Positions 1 to 13,079 of a DNA stretch of 64,000 bases are shown here, in pieces (positions within the stretch are counted from its first letter, which is position 1; every line of letters begins with the position of its first letter). Position numbers and translations under genes: made by a program. The DNA comes from Eledone cirrhosa (lineage: Eukaryota): assembly GCA_964016885.1 (NCBI GenBank), contig OZ024741.1, positions 222,394,001 through 222,458,000 on the forward strand. Reading direction: 5' to 3'. The notes under the pieces are model-generated. The model did not search any database and was not told where the DNA came from. It saw only the letters and a list, made by a program, of their open reading frames with translations.

Positions 1-796
1 TTCTTCAATGGGAAGATGAACTTTGGACATTGTATTTCCCAAACCATGATTAAGACTCTGATTCAGAAGACAGAAGACTGCTGTTGATAAACTTGGGACT
101 CTGATGATGGAATGGAATACATGCTACAATTGTCATTGTACTTGATGCCAATGTTATAGCCAATAGATGACAAGGATAATACATTCACATAAAACTACAA
201 ATTTGTAGGAGAGGAATGCATTTCATTGATGACTTGACCCCAGTATATTTATATGCTTTTATGTGGCAAAGTAGTAGAGTTGTTACACAATTAGATTGAA
301 TACAAAATACCTTGAAGTACTTTTTCTAGTTCTTTGCACTGAGTTCAAATCCTTCTAAAGTCAATTTGACCTTTTTGATGTTGATAAAATACCTACCAGT
401 CCAGCACAATGGAGTGGTGGAATTGTTGGAGCATCAAATGAGATGTGTTGTGTTATCTGTTCTGGCTCTTAACATTATATTTTCGAATTCTACTTCTTAA
501 ACACCAGTCTCTTCATAACTGGAAATAGAGCCTTTAGGACCCCAGCATATGCTGACAAACTCTCAATGTTAGTTGGAGTGAGTCATCAATTGGAACATCT
601 CAGTCACATCAATACACAGAAATACAAAAACAAGTGGACCCTATACAAAGTGGAAACAGTATTAGAACAGTGAAAAAGCAAACAAACATGAGAAGAATTT
701 GAAGTGAGAACTGAAAAGAAGAGTTATCTTGAATCCTTCATTATCAAACTTTACTATTGCTGCTATTTCCACTATTCTAGCCATTAATAAATGTAA

Positions 797-1036
797 TTAT
801 GATGATAGTGACGATGATGATGATGTTGCTGGGAATGATGATGATGGTGGTGATGATGATGATGGTGATGTTGGTAGTGATGATGATGCTGGTGGAGGTG
901 GTGGGGGTGGTGATGTTGGTAGTGATGATGAGGATGATGGTAGTGATGATGGTGATGGTGATGATGATGATGGTGATGGTGATGATGACGAGGATGATGA
1001 TGATAATGATGATGATGATGATGATAATGATGGTGG

Positions 1037-1067
<31 letters not shown>

Positions 1068-1072
1068 GATTG
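797..1072. repeat. (GAT/GGT)n low-complexity tract
   Basis: Direct trinucleotide repeat; explains the poly-D/poly-S/poly-M ORFs. Confidence 0.95.
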
Positions 1073-1074
1073 AT

Positions 1075-1265
1075 AATATGGAATGGCCTCCATCAGTTTC
1101 AACGATGAGTGTTCCAGTTCTTTGATCAATGGAACAGCTTGCTCATTAAATTTATGTATAAGAGGCCAAGCATTACACAAACACATGTACCCTTAGAATA
1201 ATTCTAAGGGAGATTCAGCATGACACAGTATGTGACAAGGCTGGCCTTTTGAATCACAGCTATAG
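1075..1265 (-). mobile_element. SINE 3' part (family C)
   Basis: Reverse complement of the AATTCAAAGG-CCAGCCTTGTCACA-CTGAATCTCCC segment also at 35907-36112 and 20995-21100. Confidence 0.6.
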
Positions 1266-1407
1266 TTCATCCAACAGTCTTCCAGAGAGTCTACCTAATT
1301 TCACTCAGAGGGCATGGGTCAACCCCAGACTATGTATGGTAAAAGATACTTGCCCAAGATACCATGCATGGGATTCTGCCTCTGACTAATGATTGTAAAC
1401 TTCTTAA

Positions 1408-2647
1408 CCCTTTAGCATTTAAACCAGCCATATCCAGCCAAAATTCTCTCACCTCTTTCTGTCCAAACGAGCTGTAACTAGCCACACATACTGATCTTAA
1501 ACCTTTAGCATTTACATTACTCTATATTTACTATTATATTTTCATGGTAAAGGTTTTACCTCACATAATTATCTCACATAATATCGAATCTATGATATTT
1601 TGATATTATTTATTTTGAGAACAATACCTTAACATCAGTATGAGTTGCAAGATATAGCTGGTTTGAACAGAAAGAGGTGAGAGAATTCTGGCTGGATACG
1701 GCTGGTTTAAATGCTAAAGTGTTATGGTATTGTTCTCAAAATAAATAACATCAAAATCTCATATTATGTCAGATAATTATGTGAGGTAAAGCCCTACAGA
1801 GAAAATACAATAGTATACACTAGCAGAATGGCCCGGCATTGCTCGGGATTTGCTCTAGGGTTCTTATATATTTGATATATATTTATCCTTCTCGAGCCTC
1901 GTGAAGTAAATACGTTTGTTTATATTTTGTTATTGTGTATGCACAAATATCTGTACACGAATATATAAATAACAGTACAGAGAAGTACGGAATACCTCGG
2001 CCTCGGGTTGGTGTCTACATTTTGTGCTTATAAAAAAAATTTGTCGTATATTACCAGGGTTGTTTTCTGTTCGAAGAAAATCAATAATTTATCGCGAAAT
2101 AAATACTTTTGTTTATATGCGTATGCAAAAATGAATATATAATTATATATATATATATATATATATATTAAAATAACAGATTAAAGTTTAAGCAAAGAAT
2201 CGCTGCTTTCACCCTTAATGGGATCTTCTGAAACTAAAATAATAAATCTGTGAACGCAGAAGTAAATATTTCGAAAAAAATATACACACACTATATATAC
2301 ATACACACACACACTGCGTCATAATGACATAATGCAGACTGCCAGGCATACAGACAAATATTATAATGGCACAACGTTATATTTATGTATCTATCTAAAA
2401 CGAGAAAGACTAAGAATTATAGAGAGAGATCGCTAAATCGCCTAATGTGGTCCCTAGGGCATTGAAAATTTGAAATTTCTTTTGCTCAAAACACTCACGG
2501 GGCCATAAGTATTACATGTGTAAAGTTTGAAAAAATTTGGTTGGGTGGTTCTCGAGTTTTAGTGATTGGACAGACAGACAGACAAACAGACATTCTTTGT
2601 TTTAGTAATATAGATAATAGTATAAGAGTTATGTAAATGCTAAAGGG
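1408..2647. mobile_element. Nested piggyBac-type MITE1 (a second MITE1 at ~1501-1720 and a Helitron inside an outer MITE1)
   Basis: TTAA|CCCTTTAGCATTTA left end and TAAATGCTAAAGGG|TTAA right end; body matches copies at 8427, 19674, 60221. Confidence 0.8.
1820..2614 (-). mobile_element. Non-autonomous Helitron
   Basis: Minus strand starts TC, has a subterminal hairpin CCCGAGCAATGCCGGG and ends CTAG; inserted between A and T with no TSD. Confidence 0.85.
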
Positions 2648-2929
2648 TTAATCATTCAACCATGCTGTGTCCATGATGAAAATAATCATGATGATGGTTT
2701 TAGAAGGAAAAATTGGAAGACAAATATGAAATTAAAAAAAACCCAACAAATTGATGAATTGTTAAACTTGGCAATATATATATTCCTGTTTTCTCCGAAG
2801 GAAAGTATTTTTGCAACAAAAATATAGAAAATTTTGAAATAAATAGATAGGGTGCTCAAAAAATTCTAAGGAAAGGAAATTGAATTGATTAGTATTTCTT
2901 GTAAACATTCAATTAAATTTGTGACTAAC

Positions 2930-2998
2930 CCTATCTATATATATATAAATATGTGTGTCTCTCTCTTTCTCTGTCTCTCTCTACTCTTCTCTCTCTAC

Positions 2999-3088
<90 letters not shown>

Positions 3089-3244
3089 ATATATATGTAT
3101 ATATATATATATATATATGTGTATATATATATATATATTTATTAAAATATTTATATATATATATATATATATTTATTAAAATATTTATATATATATTTAT
3201 ATATATATATGTATGTATATATATATATATGTATATATATATAT
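2930..3244. repeat. (TA)n microsatellite complex
   Basis: Direct. Similar tracts at 3510-3760, 12085-12450, 15740-15870, 22620-22835, 47508-47700, 61230-61315, 61538-61632, 62015-62093. Confidence 0.95.
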
Positions 3245-3510
3245 CTGTCTCATGGTCGGGTCGTTGGCGACTAAACTGGCAACAGCACCAAGGTTTCTTG
3301 GTGAGGAGGGTGATTTTGGACATTCTGCAGGACTAAAAACAAAACCTGTCAAAGGGCAAAGGAGCTCTTAAGAGTCAATGGCCATCCAAAACCACTGGGA
3401 GAGATGGCCCCTTAGCCTTTGTCAAGGCAGAATTCTAGGAGAAGGAAAACTCTGATATAACACCTGCAACCCTGATGGTATCCAAAGATGTTGACTTGTT
3501 TTTTCTGGTA
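3245..3510 (+). mobile_element. Non-coding repeat, probable RTE-type LINE 5' UTR
   Basis: Homologous to 14525-15132(-), 30570-30976(-), 44420-44785(-); contains CTAGGAGAAGGAAAACTCTGA. The UTR assignment is inference. Confidence 0.5.
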
Positions 3511-3542
3511 ATATATATATATATATATATATATGATGATGA

Positions 3543-3582
<40 letters not shown>

Positions 3583-3629
3583 ATATATATATATATATAT
3601 ATGTATATGTATATATGTATATGTATATA

Positions 3630-3693
<64 letters not shown>

Positions 3694-3760
3694 CATGTGT
3701 GCGCATATATACATATATATATGTGTGTGTGTGTGCGCATATATACATATATATATATGT

Positions 3761-4050
3761 GTTATGTTGGTGCCACAACATCCAGGCCGAAACAAATGAG
3801 ATCGTGTAGGTGTCACGACAAAAAAAACACACAGTCCACGCTGTAATGTGGCCGTGTAGGCAACACGGTAAAAACCTCCCAGTTCCACACTGTAAATGTG
3901 GTTGGTGTTAGGAAGGGCATCCAGCTGTAGAAAACCCGCCAGACAGTCCTATGTGAGCAAGACAACCACTCTTGCCTCAAGTGGGAAAACGCCCGTCCAA
4001 ACCCATGCAAGCATGGAACATGGACGTTAAACGATGATGATGATGATGAT
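3761..4050 (+). mobile_element. Short RTE-tail-derived retroposon ending in (GAT)n
   Basis: Near-identical copies at 16460-16760(-) and 23765-24066(+); shares GGAAGGGCATCCAGCTGTAG and GGACGTTAAACGATGATG with RTE 3' ends. Confidence 0.8.
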
Positions 4051-4217
4051 GTGTGTATGTGTGCGCATATATACTTATATATATATATATGTGTGTGTAT
4101 ATATATAGGTATATATGGTTTTAGAAACCGAATCAAATATGCTTGCCTCAAAACATGACAATCCATCTAACCCATGTAACTGTGATGATGATGATCATAT
4201 ATATATATATATATATA

Positions 4218-5292
4218 CAATGATATTAAATAAATGGAAATTATATTTATAAAACCATATTTATTCTATTATATATATTCCAAGGGTAACAAAACTTTGG
4301 TACACTCTCATCAGATAAAATACAAAGTTTGTTTTATAAATATTGACATATCCAGGAAGAAGATCTTAACGGTTCAAGGTTTTCCTGGATAGTAAAGGAA
4401 AGAAGGGAAAGAGAAGAAAAGTCAAATATTTCAAATTATTAAGATGAGTATGCAAATGAGGTTGAGGTATAGGCCTGAAAAAAAAACGTTATTTTTAGAC
4501 GCTAGGTAGATTTAAATAATTATTAGGATATATGTATGTATGTGTAGGAAGAAGAAAGAGAAAGAAAGAAGAGCTTGTATTTAAGTTAATTTAAAAAGAA
4601 TTAACAGTTTGTAGGAATGGTGGAATATAAATCCAGAATTAAAAAAAATTATTTAGCTATATTATGAGTTATAATATTGTAAATATAATCAATTAGATTA
4701 TATGAAGAATTATGGTTGTAAGTACATTTTACCTTATTACATTACGACAGGTTGTAAGTATATAAATATCTATATAGATTAATAATTGTGCAAGTATAAG
4801 TATTATTGGTGATTTTATAGAAATAAACCACAATTATTAGTTGTTTACATTTCTCATAAGTGCTCCAAAGGATTTTGATTTTGCATTTATATAAAAAATT
4901 TAAGAAAAAGATGTAGTTCAAGTTTGTAAGAGGAGAACAATTTGTAGATTCAAATATTTTGTTCCAACATTGAAAATGTTTTCAGAATATTGTTAATTTA
5001 GCGAAGTTATATAGTTTATCATACAAGTTATCATGTCTGATGAATGATTTACTCAGAAAGTATGTAGAGAAAATTATATATTTTATCTGATATTTTATCT
5101 GATGAGTGCGTAACCAAAGTTTTGGTACCCTTGAAATATATATAATAGAATAAATATGGTTTTATAAATATAGTTTCCATTTATTTAATATCATTGAATA
5201 TTATACTCCAAAAAACTTGTCGAGTGCTTTGAATCAGTTATAAACATTTATATTTGTTGAATTACCCAACAAATTAAATATCCCTTTTGCTT
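4218..5292 (+). mobile_element. Penelope-like inverted-pLTR element in (TA)n
   Basis: About 105-bp inverted arms 4218-4322 and 5091-5196 containing a hammerhead motif, AATAAA and TTATACTC..GAGTGC. Confidence 0.7.
5091..5152 (+). ncRNA. Type-I hammerhead ribozyme
   Basis: Stem I UAUUUUAU/AUAGAAUA; CUGAUGA 5099-5105; stem II ACCAAA/UUUGGU; GAAA 5133-5136; stem III AUA-UA-UAU; AUA cleavage triplet. Confidence 0.75.
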
Positions 5293-5354
5293 ATATATAT
5301 ATAAGCAAAACAATTGTAGCAAGTATATCGTACTTATGGTAGTTTCATAAATTC

Positions 5355-5385
<31 letters not shown>

Positions 5386-5391
5386 CATGTT

Positions 5392-5737
5392 TCATCATCA
5401 TCATCATCATTTCATTTTACGTCCGCTTTTCCCTGCTAGCAAGGGTGGGACGGGAACTGATTCTGGCTTGATTTCTACAGCTGGATGCCCTTCCTAACAC
5501 CAACCTCATTTACAGTGAGTGCTGGGTGCTTATTTGCCGTGGCACCTCCACGACCACTTTGCAGTGGAATGATAGGGACCCCAGTCCTATCATCTCATTT
5601 CTACAGCTGAGTAAACTGGAGCAATGTGAAATAAAGTGTCTTGCTCAAGGAAACAACACATCACCCGGTCTGAGAATTGAACTCACAACCTTTCGATTGC
5701 AAGGCCAATGCTCTAACCACTAAGCCATGTGCCTCCA
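5392..5737 (-). mobile_element. tRNA-headed SINE with RTE-type tail (family B)
   Basis: Minus-strand A box TGGCTTAGTGG and B box AGTTCAATTC, (GAT)n tail; copies at 40808-41204, 44103-44382, 46905-47246. Confidence 0.85.
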
Positions 5738-6391
5738 TGTTTATATATATATATCATCATTTATATATACATGTGTGTGTATATATATGTATATATATTA
5801 TCATCATTGTTTTTACATTGATTTTTCTATGTTGGCATGAATTGGGTGGGATTTTTGAGGCAATGTTTTACGGCCTTCCTGACACTAAGCCTTTTAGGTG
5901 CTTTTTATGACAGACACACACACACTCATACACACATGCACAGATGTATATATATATATTTATTTTATGTAAAGAATACTTAATATCATTAATTTTATTT
6001 GTTGCTGCTGTTGTTTCAGTTTTCACCTGTTCAAGGTAGAATGAAAGTCTGGTGTGATTTATGATAAAGAATGTTGATGCTAGAGGTGCTGGTCATGAGA
6101 AATATAATGAATAGAATTTAAGAATAAGTATATGTATATATATATATATGAAAAACAAGGGGAGAAGAATACTGCATGGTTGCACATGGATTACATATTA
6201 TAAAATTAGTCCCTCATCAGTGATTTGCCAACCATCATTGGTATTTCATTGCATTAAAAATCAGATACCTCAGGTTGGTGCGAGCAATAACTAAAATAAG
6301 CTATTGGGACAAGTGAAACGCGTAAAGCGAGTGAGACAAGTAAACAACAGAAGGAAAAGCAAACCGAAGGTTGGAAAAACAGCAAGCAACA

Positions 6392-6424
<33 letters not shown>

Positions 6425-6550
6425 AAATATATAGATTTACATATACATAAACTAGACAGAGCCATAGATATATATATATGTGTTTTTGGCAACCATTCAC
6501 AGTGTGGCTCAATGACGAATTAATTAATTAAATAATCAACAATCAGAGCA

Positions 6551-7048
6551 ATATATAAGAAAGTACATCCATAGAATCATTTGATAAAATATATACAGTA
6601 TTTCTTCTCCCAATCAGCATAATTAACCACACAAAAAATCAATTAAACAAAGCTATAAGTTTAAACAGCCCCTATGAAGAAACAATAGATAAATAAATGG
6701 TAGCTATTTTATCCGCGATCAACAGCCACAGAATATTTACTCAGTATTTCTAATAGCCCGTGGAAATCGATTAGATATATAGCCAACCATACACAATTAG
6801 GTACAAAATCAAAGTTAGAAGAAAAAAATGTATATAAACATACCAAAATTATGGTTGATCGCGGATAAAATGGCTGTTGATCGCGGATAAAATAGCTATC
6901 ATTTATTTATCTATTGTTTCTTCATAGGTGGTGTTTAAACTTATAGCCTTGTTTAATTGATTTTTTGTGTGGCTAATTATGCTGATTGGGAAAGGAAATA
7001 CTGTATATATTTTATCAAATGATTCTATGGGCGTACTTTCTTATATAT
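6551..7048. mobile_element. About 180-bp inverted-repeat element abutting (TA)n
   Basis: Arms 6551-6728 and 6871-7048 are reverse complements with scattered mismatches. Confidence 0.75.
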
Positions 7049-7150
7049 ATATATATATATATACGTATACGGGATAACAAGTTATCGTAATAGGTAATCC
7101 ACTTAGATGTAGTCCATATATATATTTAGGTTTGTTGGATAAATTTCAGA

Positions 7151-7208
7151 ATACCTGATGATGTCACCAGATTCATACTGAACCTGGTCATTGAAATGTT
7201 CATAGTAT
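7151..7208 (+). ncRNA. Type-I hammerhead ribozyme
   Basis: Stem I AUAC/GUAU; CUGAUGA 7155-7161; stem II ACCAG/CUGGU; GAAA 7193-7196; stem III AUG-UU-CAU; AUA triplet; followed by AATAAA. Confidence 0.75.
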
Positions 7209-7274
7209 AATAAACCTTTAAGGAATTACACCAGTCTAGCCTCCTGTCATTTTATAATATATATATATATATGG

Positions 7275-7655
7275 GCGCAGGCCGAAGCATACATCTGGTA
7301 TGGCCCACCTACACCTTCATCCTCCTTGCACACACCTGCCATGTCCTAACACTCAGCCTCTCACACATGCCCATATACACACCTTCCTAATCCCAACACA
7401 CCTTTCCCAAACTGTTAGTCCACATTGTAAAGTGGTTGTGATGATGACATAACAGAAAGCGCCCAGCCCACACTGCAAGGTGGTTGCATAGGTGTCATGA
7501 CAAAAGACACCCAGTATTCACTGTAAATATGGTTGGTGTTAGGAAGGGCATCCAGTTGTAGAAAACAAGTCAAAATTGGTTCTGCCTCAAATAGGACAAC
7601 TCGTTTAATTCAAGCTAGCATGGAAAAATGGATGTTAAATCGTGATGATGATGAT
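7275..7655 (+). mobile_element. RTE 3' UTR fragment
   Basis: Same internal repeats, GGAAGGGCATCCAG motif and (GAT)n tail as 32080-32560. Confidence 0.65.
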
Positions 7656-7669
7656 ATATATGTATATAA

Positions 7670-7853
7670 TTGTTTCTACTTTTGGCACAAGGCCAGCAAT
7701 TACCCAGTACATTACTGGTACTTTATTTTATCGAGCCCGTAAGGATGAAAGGCAAAGTTAACCTTGGCGGGATTTGAACTCAGAACATAATGGGACGTAA
7801 CTATGCTAGAAAGCATGGCCCAACCCTCTACCGATACTGCCAATTCATCACCC
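7670..7853 (-). mobile_element. SINE family A
   Basis: GAGTTCAAATCCC B box, CTTTGCCTTTCATCC core, GGCCTTGTGCCAAAAGTAGAAACAAT tail. Other copies at 7962-8120, 14175-14286, 16035-16125, 16387-16445, 21370-21512, 22225-22420, 40040-40195, 50001-50181, 50811-50993, 51533-51742, 51762-51940, 52786-52968. Confidence 0.85.
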
Positions 7854-8426
7854 TTTATATATGTAAATAATCAATCAGTAGAATATAATATCAGGACTGA
7901 GTGATCAAAGTTTCAAACATTTTATCTGTAATCACGTGTAACACATGTTTCATGAATGCATTTGGCAGTATCGGTATTATGATCTGATTTCAAATCCCAC
8001 CGAGGTTAACTTTGCCTTTCATCTCTACAGGGTTGATAAAATAAAGTACCAGTCACGCACTGGGTCGATTAAATAGTCTTTCCCACCGCCCCCATAATTG
8101 CTGGCCTTGTGCATATATAAAAAAAACATTATTATATATATTTTCCCTCCACTGTCTTTGATACATCTCAAATTCTTTCTTCAATTCCAGCTTCCTCTCT
8201 TCAATACTTTAACATCTCACACTTCTATTTTTGTACTTTTATTGAATTTACTGTTTCTAATGTTTACACACATACAACATCCATCTCAACATTTCACACA
8301 CATTTCCTCTCTTTGGTAAATCTCAAAATTCCTTTTTCAGATTTCAGCTTCCTCTTTTCAATGTTTTAGTATATCACTAACTCTACTTTTGCACTGTTTT
8401 TACAGTAATTGAATTTGCTGTTTTAA

Positions 8427-8657
8427 CCCTTTACCATTTACATTACTCTATATATACTGTTATAGTTTCACTGTAACGGCTTTACCTCCCGTAATTATCT
8501 CACATAATATAAAATCTATGAGATTTTGATATTATTTATTTTGAGAACAATACTTTAACATCAGTATGAGCAGCTGGTTATGGCTTGTTACAGCTTGTTT
8601 GAACAGAATGAGGTGAGAGAATTCTGGCTGGATATGGCCGGTTTAAATTCTAAAGGG
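8427..8657. mobile_element. piggyBac-type MITE1
   Basis: TTAA on both sides; TIR CCCTTTA(G/C)CATTTA. Confidence 0.85.
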
Positions 8658-8829
8658 TTAAATGTTTACACACACATACATTTCCCTCAAAACACAGATT
8701 TCAGTTCTCTCTTTTAGCTCGCTCTCTACCTCTATGTGTGGTCCATGCATCCCTTTTACATGCCCATCTCTCAGTAGATGTAACACTGATGGCTAAAAAA
8801 AGAAAATGTCAATATTTAGATTTAAATCT

Positions 8830-9765
8830 AAATTATTTTAAGGTCACGCTCCAAGTGACCAGGAATGACCAGGAGTGACTCCAGCCTCATTCCAAGAGAG
8901 CTAGCTAACTTGTATCCGCCTATTTCTCCCATCCCCTCACCATCATCTGATTCAGTCAAAATTAGGCCTATTCATTCCTTTATTCACGCTACCACTCCTG
9001 TAACAGTTAGCTTGCCTCCAACGTCATCTCCCCCAACTGAGTCCCACTGCCAGTGTTAATGCTGATCAACCAGTTCCTCCCCTCTATCTCTACCCCCACT
9101 GTCTTCTTCCCCTCATCTGAATCCTAATTCTAAGGTCAACTACTCTGATGCTGCCAATTCACCACCAAACTGTGCTCTCTGCTCCTGTACCAGTTGATAT
9201 CTAAAGACCATCAAATGTCACTCATGTAGCCTAAACTACCACAGGAGCTGCATTGGTATTACTAAGGTTCAAGCTGAAAGTTACTCGAACTGGACGTGTA
9301 ACCAATGCCACTTCAGCTCCAATTCACTTTGCAGTTCAGAACCTAGCTCTGATGTTCAGATCTCTGTTAAGGATTTTACTCCTGCCCTCTGGGGCTTGTC
9401 TAAGTTGAAACTCATCAACAGGATCTGAAAGGGAGCTCGGACCAGTTTCGCCCTTGTTCTCTTGAAGCTGCTGAAGAAAGTCTGCCTATCCAACAACATC
9501 TCGGATTGGCAGAAACTATTCTTGTTCCCCTTAGTTTCTCTCCATGTGTCCAATGCGAAATCTGGATCCCTCATATCTTCCTTAATATGGCAATTTGAGT
9601 TGTTTGATCCAATCCTAACTACTGCTCATCTCAGGTTGGTGATCAACTCAGTTTCAATCAATGGATGATTACTGAACTTAAAGAAGGCCGTCAATGCCAA
9701 ATTCAATGAATTTGACATTAAAGAGGCAGTTCGTCTTCTCTCCTTTCTGTCATCCCTCGACCAGT
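8830..9765 (+). mobile_element. CRE-clade-like non-LTR retrotransposon 5' fragment with PHD finger (pseudogenised)
   Basis: 9171-9308 reads CALC...IKCHSC...YHRSCIG...WTCNQC (C4HC3); followed by RI*KGAR...WQKLFLFP and AKFNEFDIKEAVRLLS, typical of the pre-RT region of CRE elements. Confidence 0.6.
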
Positions 9766-10730
9766 GCACTACTTTGCCATGGACCGCATCAGCCACCAAT
9801 TGTGGAAGACTGATGATATCAAGCTGCAACTGTCATATTACATAGCTGATCTGGCCCCCACCCATGCCAGGTTCCTTCACCACCTTCTCTGTCATGTATT
9901 GCCTGAGGTGGAGGTTGTCGTGGATGGATCTGTCAGGAATGGTGCATGTTTACGCCTCTTCTACCAATCCACTGACAACAAGCGCCAACCTCATTGCTAA
10001 CACCTTGGCCAAAATGTTAAACTCTGTATTTAGCAGAGTTATGGGCCTGGAATTATCTATATGATCACTCTTGCTCTGGTCCTTTGGCTCACAGAACTAG
10101 AAATTCTCCTGTTCTTCTGCCAGTTTGCCCAGACATCCACTAAGATATTGCTGAATAAATCTGGTATGTTGTAGAGCTCGTAAGACAGACCATCTAAACC
10201 AGGCGATTTGCCCTTTGTGCAGCTAGCTGTTGTTTCCCATATTTCATTGGCTGTTATCAGCTTTTTGCAACACTCTACCTCCCTTGCCCAGAGCCATGGC
10301 AGGCCATCAAGGTAGGCTTTAAAGTCCATCCCTCAATCTAACTCGCAATCGCTACCGAACATTTGAGTGAAGTGTCGCTGAAATATCACACACATCTGCT
10401 CGAGATCATGTACCAGGTGCTCATCGTGGTCTACCAAAGACTGGATTGTGGCTTTGTTGCCATACCTCACCTCTGCCACTCGGGCCCATTGGACAGCTTT
10501 TGTCGCCTCATGTTGAAGAGTATGGGCAGCTCTGACAATGGAGCATGGAAGAATTGATCCAGGGCCAATCTCACCACAAGCACATCAGCTGTGATGCCTT
10601 TAGTAAGTGCCTCTTCTAGTTTTCTAACTATCTCTCCCTACTCTGGTTTTCCCTATCATTACAGCTTTACTAAACCTTATCAATTCTGCTGGAATAACTC
10701 TTTTCAGGGCAAACCACTGTTTGTTGTTGA
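9765..10730 (-). mobile_element. Tx1/L1-clade LINE ORF2 fragment
   Basis: KGKSPGLDGLSYELY, RPITLLNTEFNILAKVLA, IPDRSIHDNLHL motifs, with stops and frameshifts. Confidence 0.8.
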
Positions 10731-10896
10731 CAATTACCCCTCTCTACACCCACTTAACTAATTCTTTAAACCAGTCTTTATAATCTTTGTGTGCTTTAGA
10801 GTGTGATATGATGACTGCTATTTCAAGAATACTGAACAGCCTTGTATGGTTGTCTCCATTGGCTAGTCTACATGACACATATTTTGGCTGGACTAG

Positions 10897-11216
10897 ATGA
10901 TGATGAAAGTTATACTGGCTCTGGCAATGATGATGAGGATGATGATGATACTGGCAGTGCGGTTGTTGATGATAACACTGATGATGATAATGATGTGTGA
11001 GGAGGATACTGGCAATGATGATGATGGAGATGATTGTAATGAAGATGACTACAATGATGATGTTCATGATGGTGAAGATAATCATGGTGAGAGTGATGAT
11101 CCTGATGAATGACAATGAAGTGGATAACAATGATGATGCTGATGCTTTGTGATGATGGCAGTGATGAGGAATATGATAATGATGATGATAATGGCAATGA
11201 TGATGGTGATGATGAA

Positions 11217-11247
<31 letters not shown>

Positions 11248-11320
11248 ATGATGATGATGATGGTGGTGGTGGTGATGATGATGATGATGGTGAGGAGGAG
11301 GAGGAGGAGGAGGAGGAGTA
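10897..11320. repeat. (GAT)n/(GGT)n/(GAG)n tract
   Basis: Direct. Confidence 0.9.
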
Positions 11321-11858
11321 TGGTGATTCAGTGGCACAATTTAACATTTATCCTTACCATACAGGCCGTTGGCCTTCCTCTCCTCCTCCTCCTCTGCCTC
11401 TCTTATCTCGTAGTCAGGCTTCCGAAGAGAAGGAAAGATAAAGCATTGACTAAGAGAGATAGAGAGAGGTAGGGGAGGAGGGGGGTAGAAAGACACAGAG
11501 AAAGAAAAAGCAAGTGAGAGAGAGAGAGAGAGAGAGAGAGGAAGAGAGAGAGAGAAAGAGTGAGATAGAAACAGATGGAGGGGAAGAGAGAGGAAGAGAG
11601 ACGGAGAAAGAAAAGTTTATGTATATATGTGTGGTAAGAGGAAAAGAGTAGAACACACCTCCCTTTAACTGCCTCATACTCTCTCTCTGCCACTTTTCAA
11701 AAGCCAATCTCCTCCTCCTCACCTTCCTCACCCCACTACTGAAATCGTTGTTTACCTTTTATTTCAATCTCACTCCTCTTCCCTTCCCCACTGCTCTCTA
11801 TATTACACAACATTGCCCCTCTTTTTCTCTCTTTTTCTCAATCCCCCACCCTCTCCTT

Positions 11859-11902
<44 letters not shown>

Positions 11903-12080
11903 AATTCCCCTCACACCTCCCTTTACCTGGCCAAGTTAGTTGTTAAGTTAAACCAATTAACACATCAGACCCCACTTCTCCACCATACTTAAGTGTTAAT
12001 GTGTGTGTCTATGCATGTATGTGTATGTATGCAACTATATACACATATCATCATATGTGTTTGCACTTACATATATATGT

Positions 12081-12128
<48 letters not shown>

Positions 12129-12196
12129 CAAATATATATATATTTATTTATTTATATGTATATATTTATACATGTGTATATTATATGTGTATATAT

Positions 12197-12297
<101 letters not shown>

Positions 12298-12298
12298 A

Positions 12299-12426
<128 letters not shown>

Positions 12427-13079
12427 CATGTGGGTATGTGTGTGTGTATATAAATGTTTGTGACTTGAGCCCAATATATATATACCTCTGCTGGTGGCAA
12501 ATACTTTTGCTGTTATGTCATAGTAAATAATAGTAAATAGTTTAATGGTGGGGTGTACATGTGGTGTGTTGGGTGTTGGTGAGTGTATGTAATAGTGTGC
12601 TTGGTGGTGGTGCTGATGGTTGGTTCAATGAGGGTGGTGGTGATTGGGGGTGTTAGGGTTAGGGTTAGGGATCAGGTTTTATTCAGTGGTGGAGAGTGTG
12701 CCTAAGTTTCGGGTGTGGTTTAACAGCACTTGACTCAGATACCTGACAAAATGCTTTCCTCCACTCCCCCTGCCACAAGGTTATATGTAATAGATAGTCT
12801 GCTGTTTACATGATTGCATGCACATACACACGCACTCTCACACTCACTCACACACACACATTCACTCACACTCACTCACACACAAGCACACGTGTACACA
12901 CACAAACACATACCACACTAACACGTGTATACATAAAAACACATACACAACATACACACGCACACATATGTGTGTATGAGCCTGCAAATGTTCATGTTTA
13001 CCTGTGTATGTGTTTGAGTGTAAATACACTCAAATATTATGTTTACGTATATATGTGAGTGCATCTGTGTATGTCTATA

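Noticed and set aside
2885-3888. YI/CV-repeat ORFs here and throughout the window
   Set aside because: Translations of (TA)n/(TG)n.
4330-5030. Penelope ORF remnant between the inverted arms
   Set aside because: Only faint hints (NFLYKCK on the minus strand); too decayed to call.
5670-5737. tRNA gene
   Set aside because: The A/B boxes are SINE heads; no cloverleaf; fused to a SINE body.
6020-6035. 16-nt plus-strand microexon (CAG|...AAG|GTAGAA)
   Set aside because: Splice-like signals alone are expected by chance; no linkable exons.
12653-12670. (TTAGGG)3 as a telomere relic
   Set aside because: Only three units within a GT-rich, probably transposon-derived stretch.
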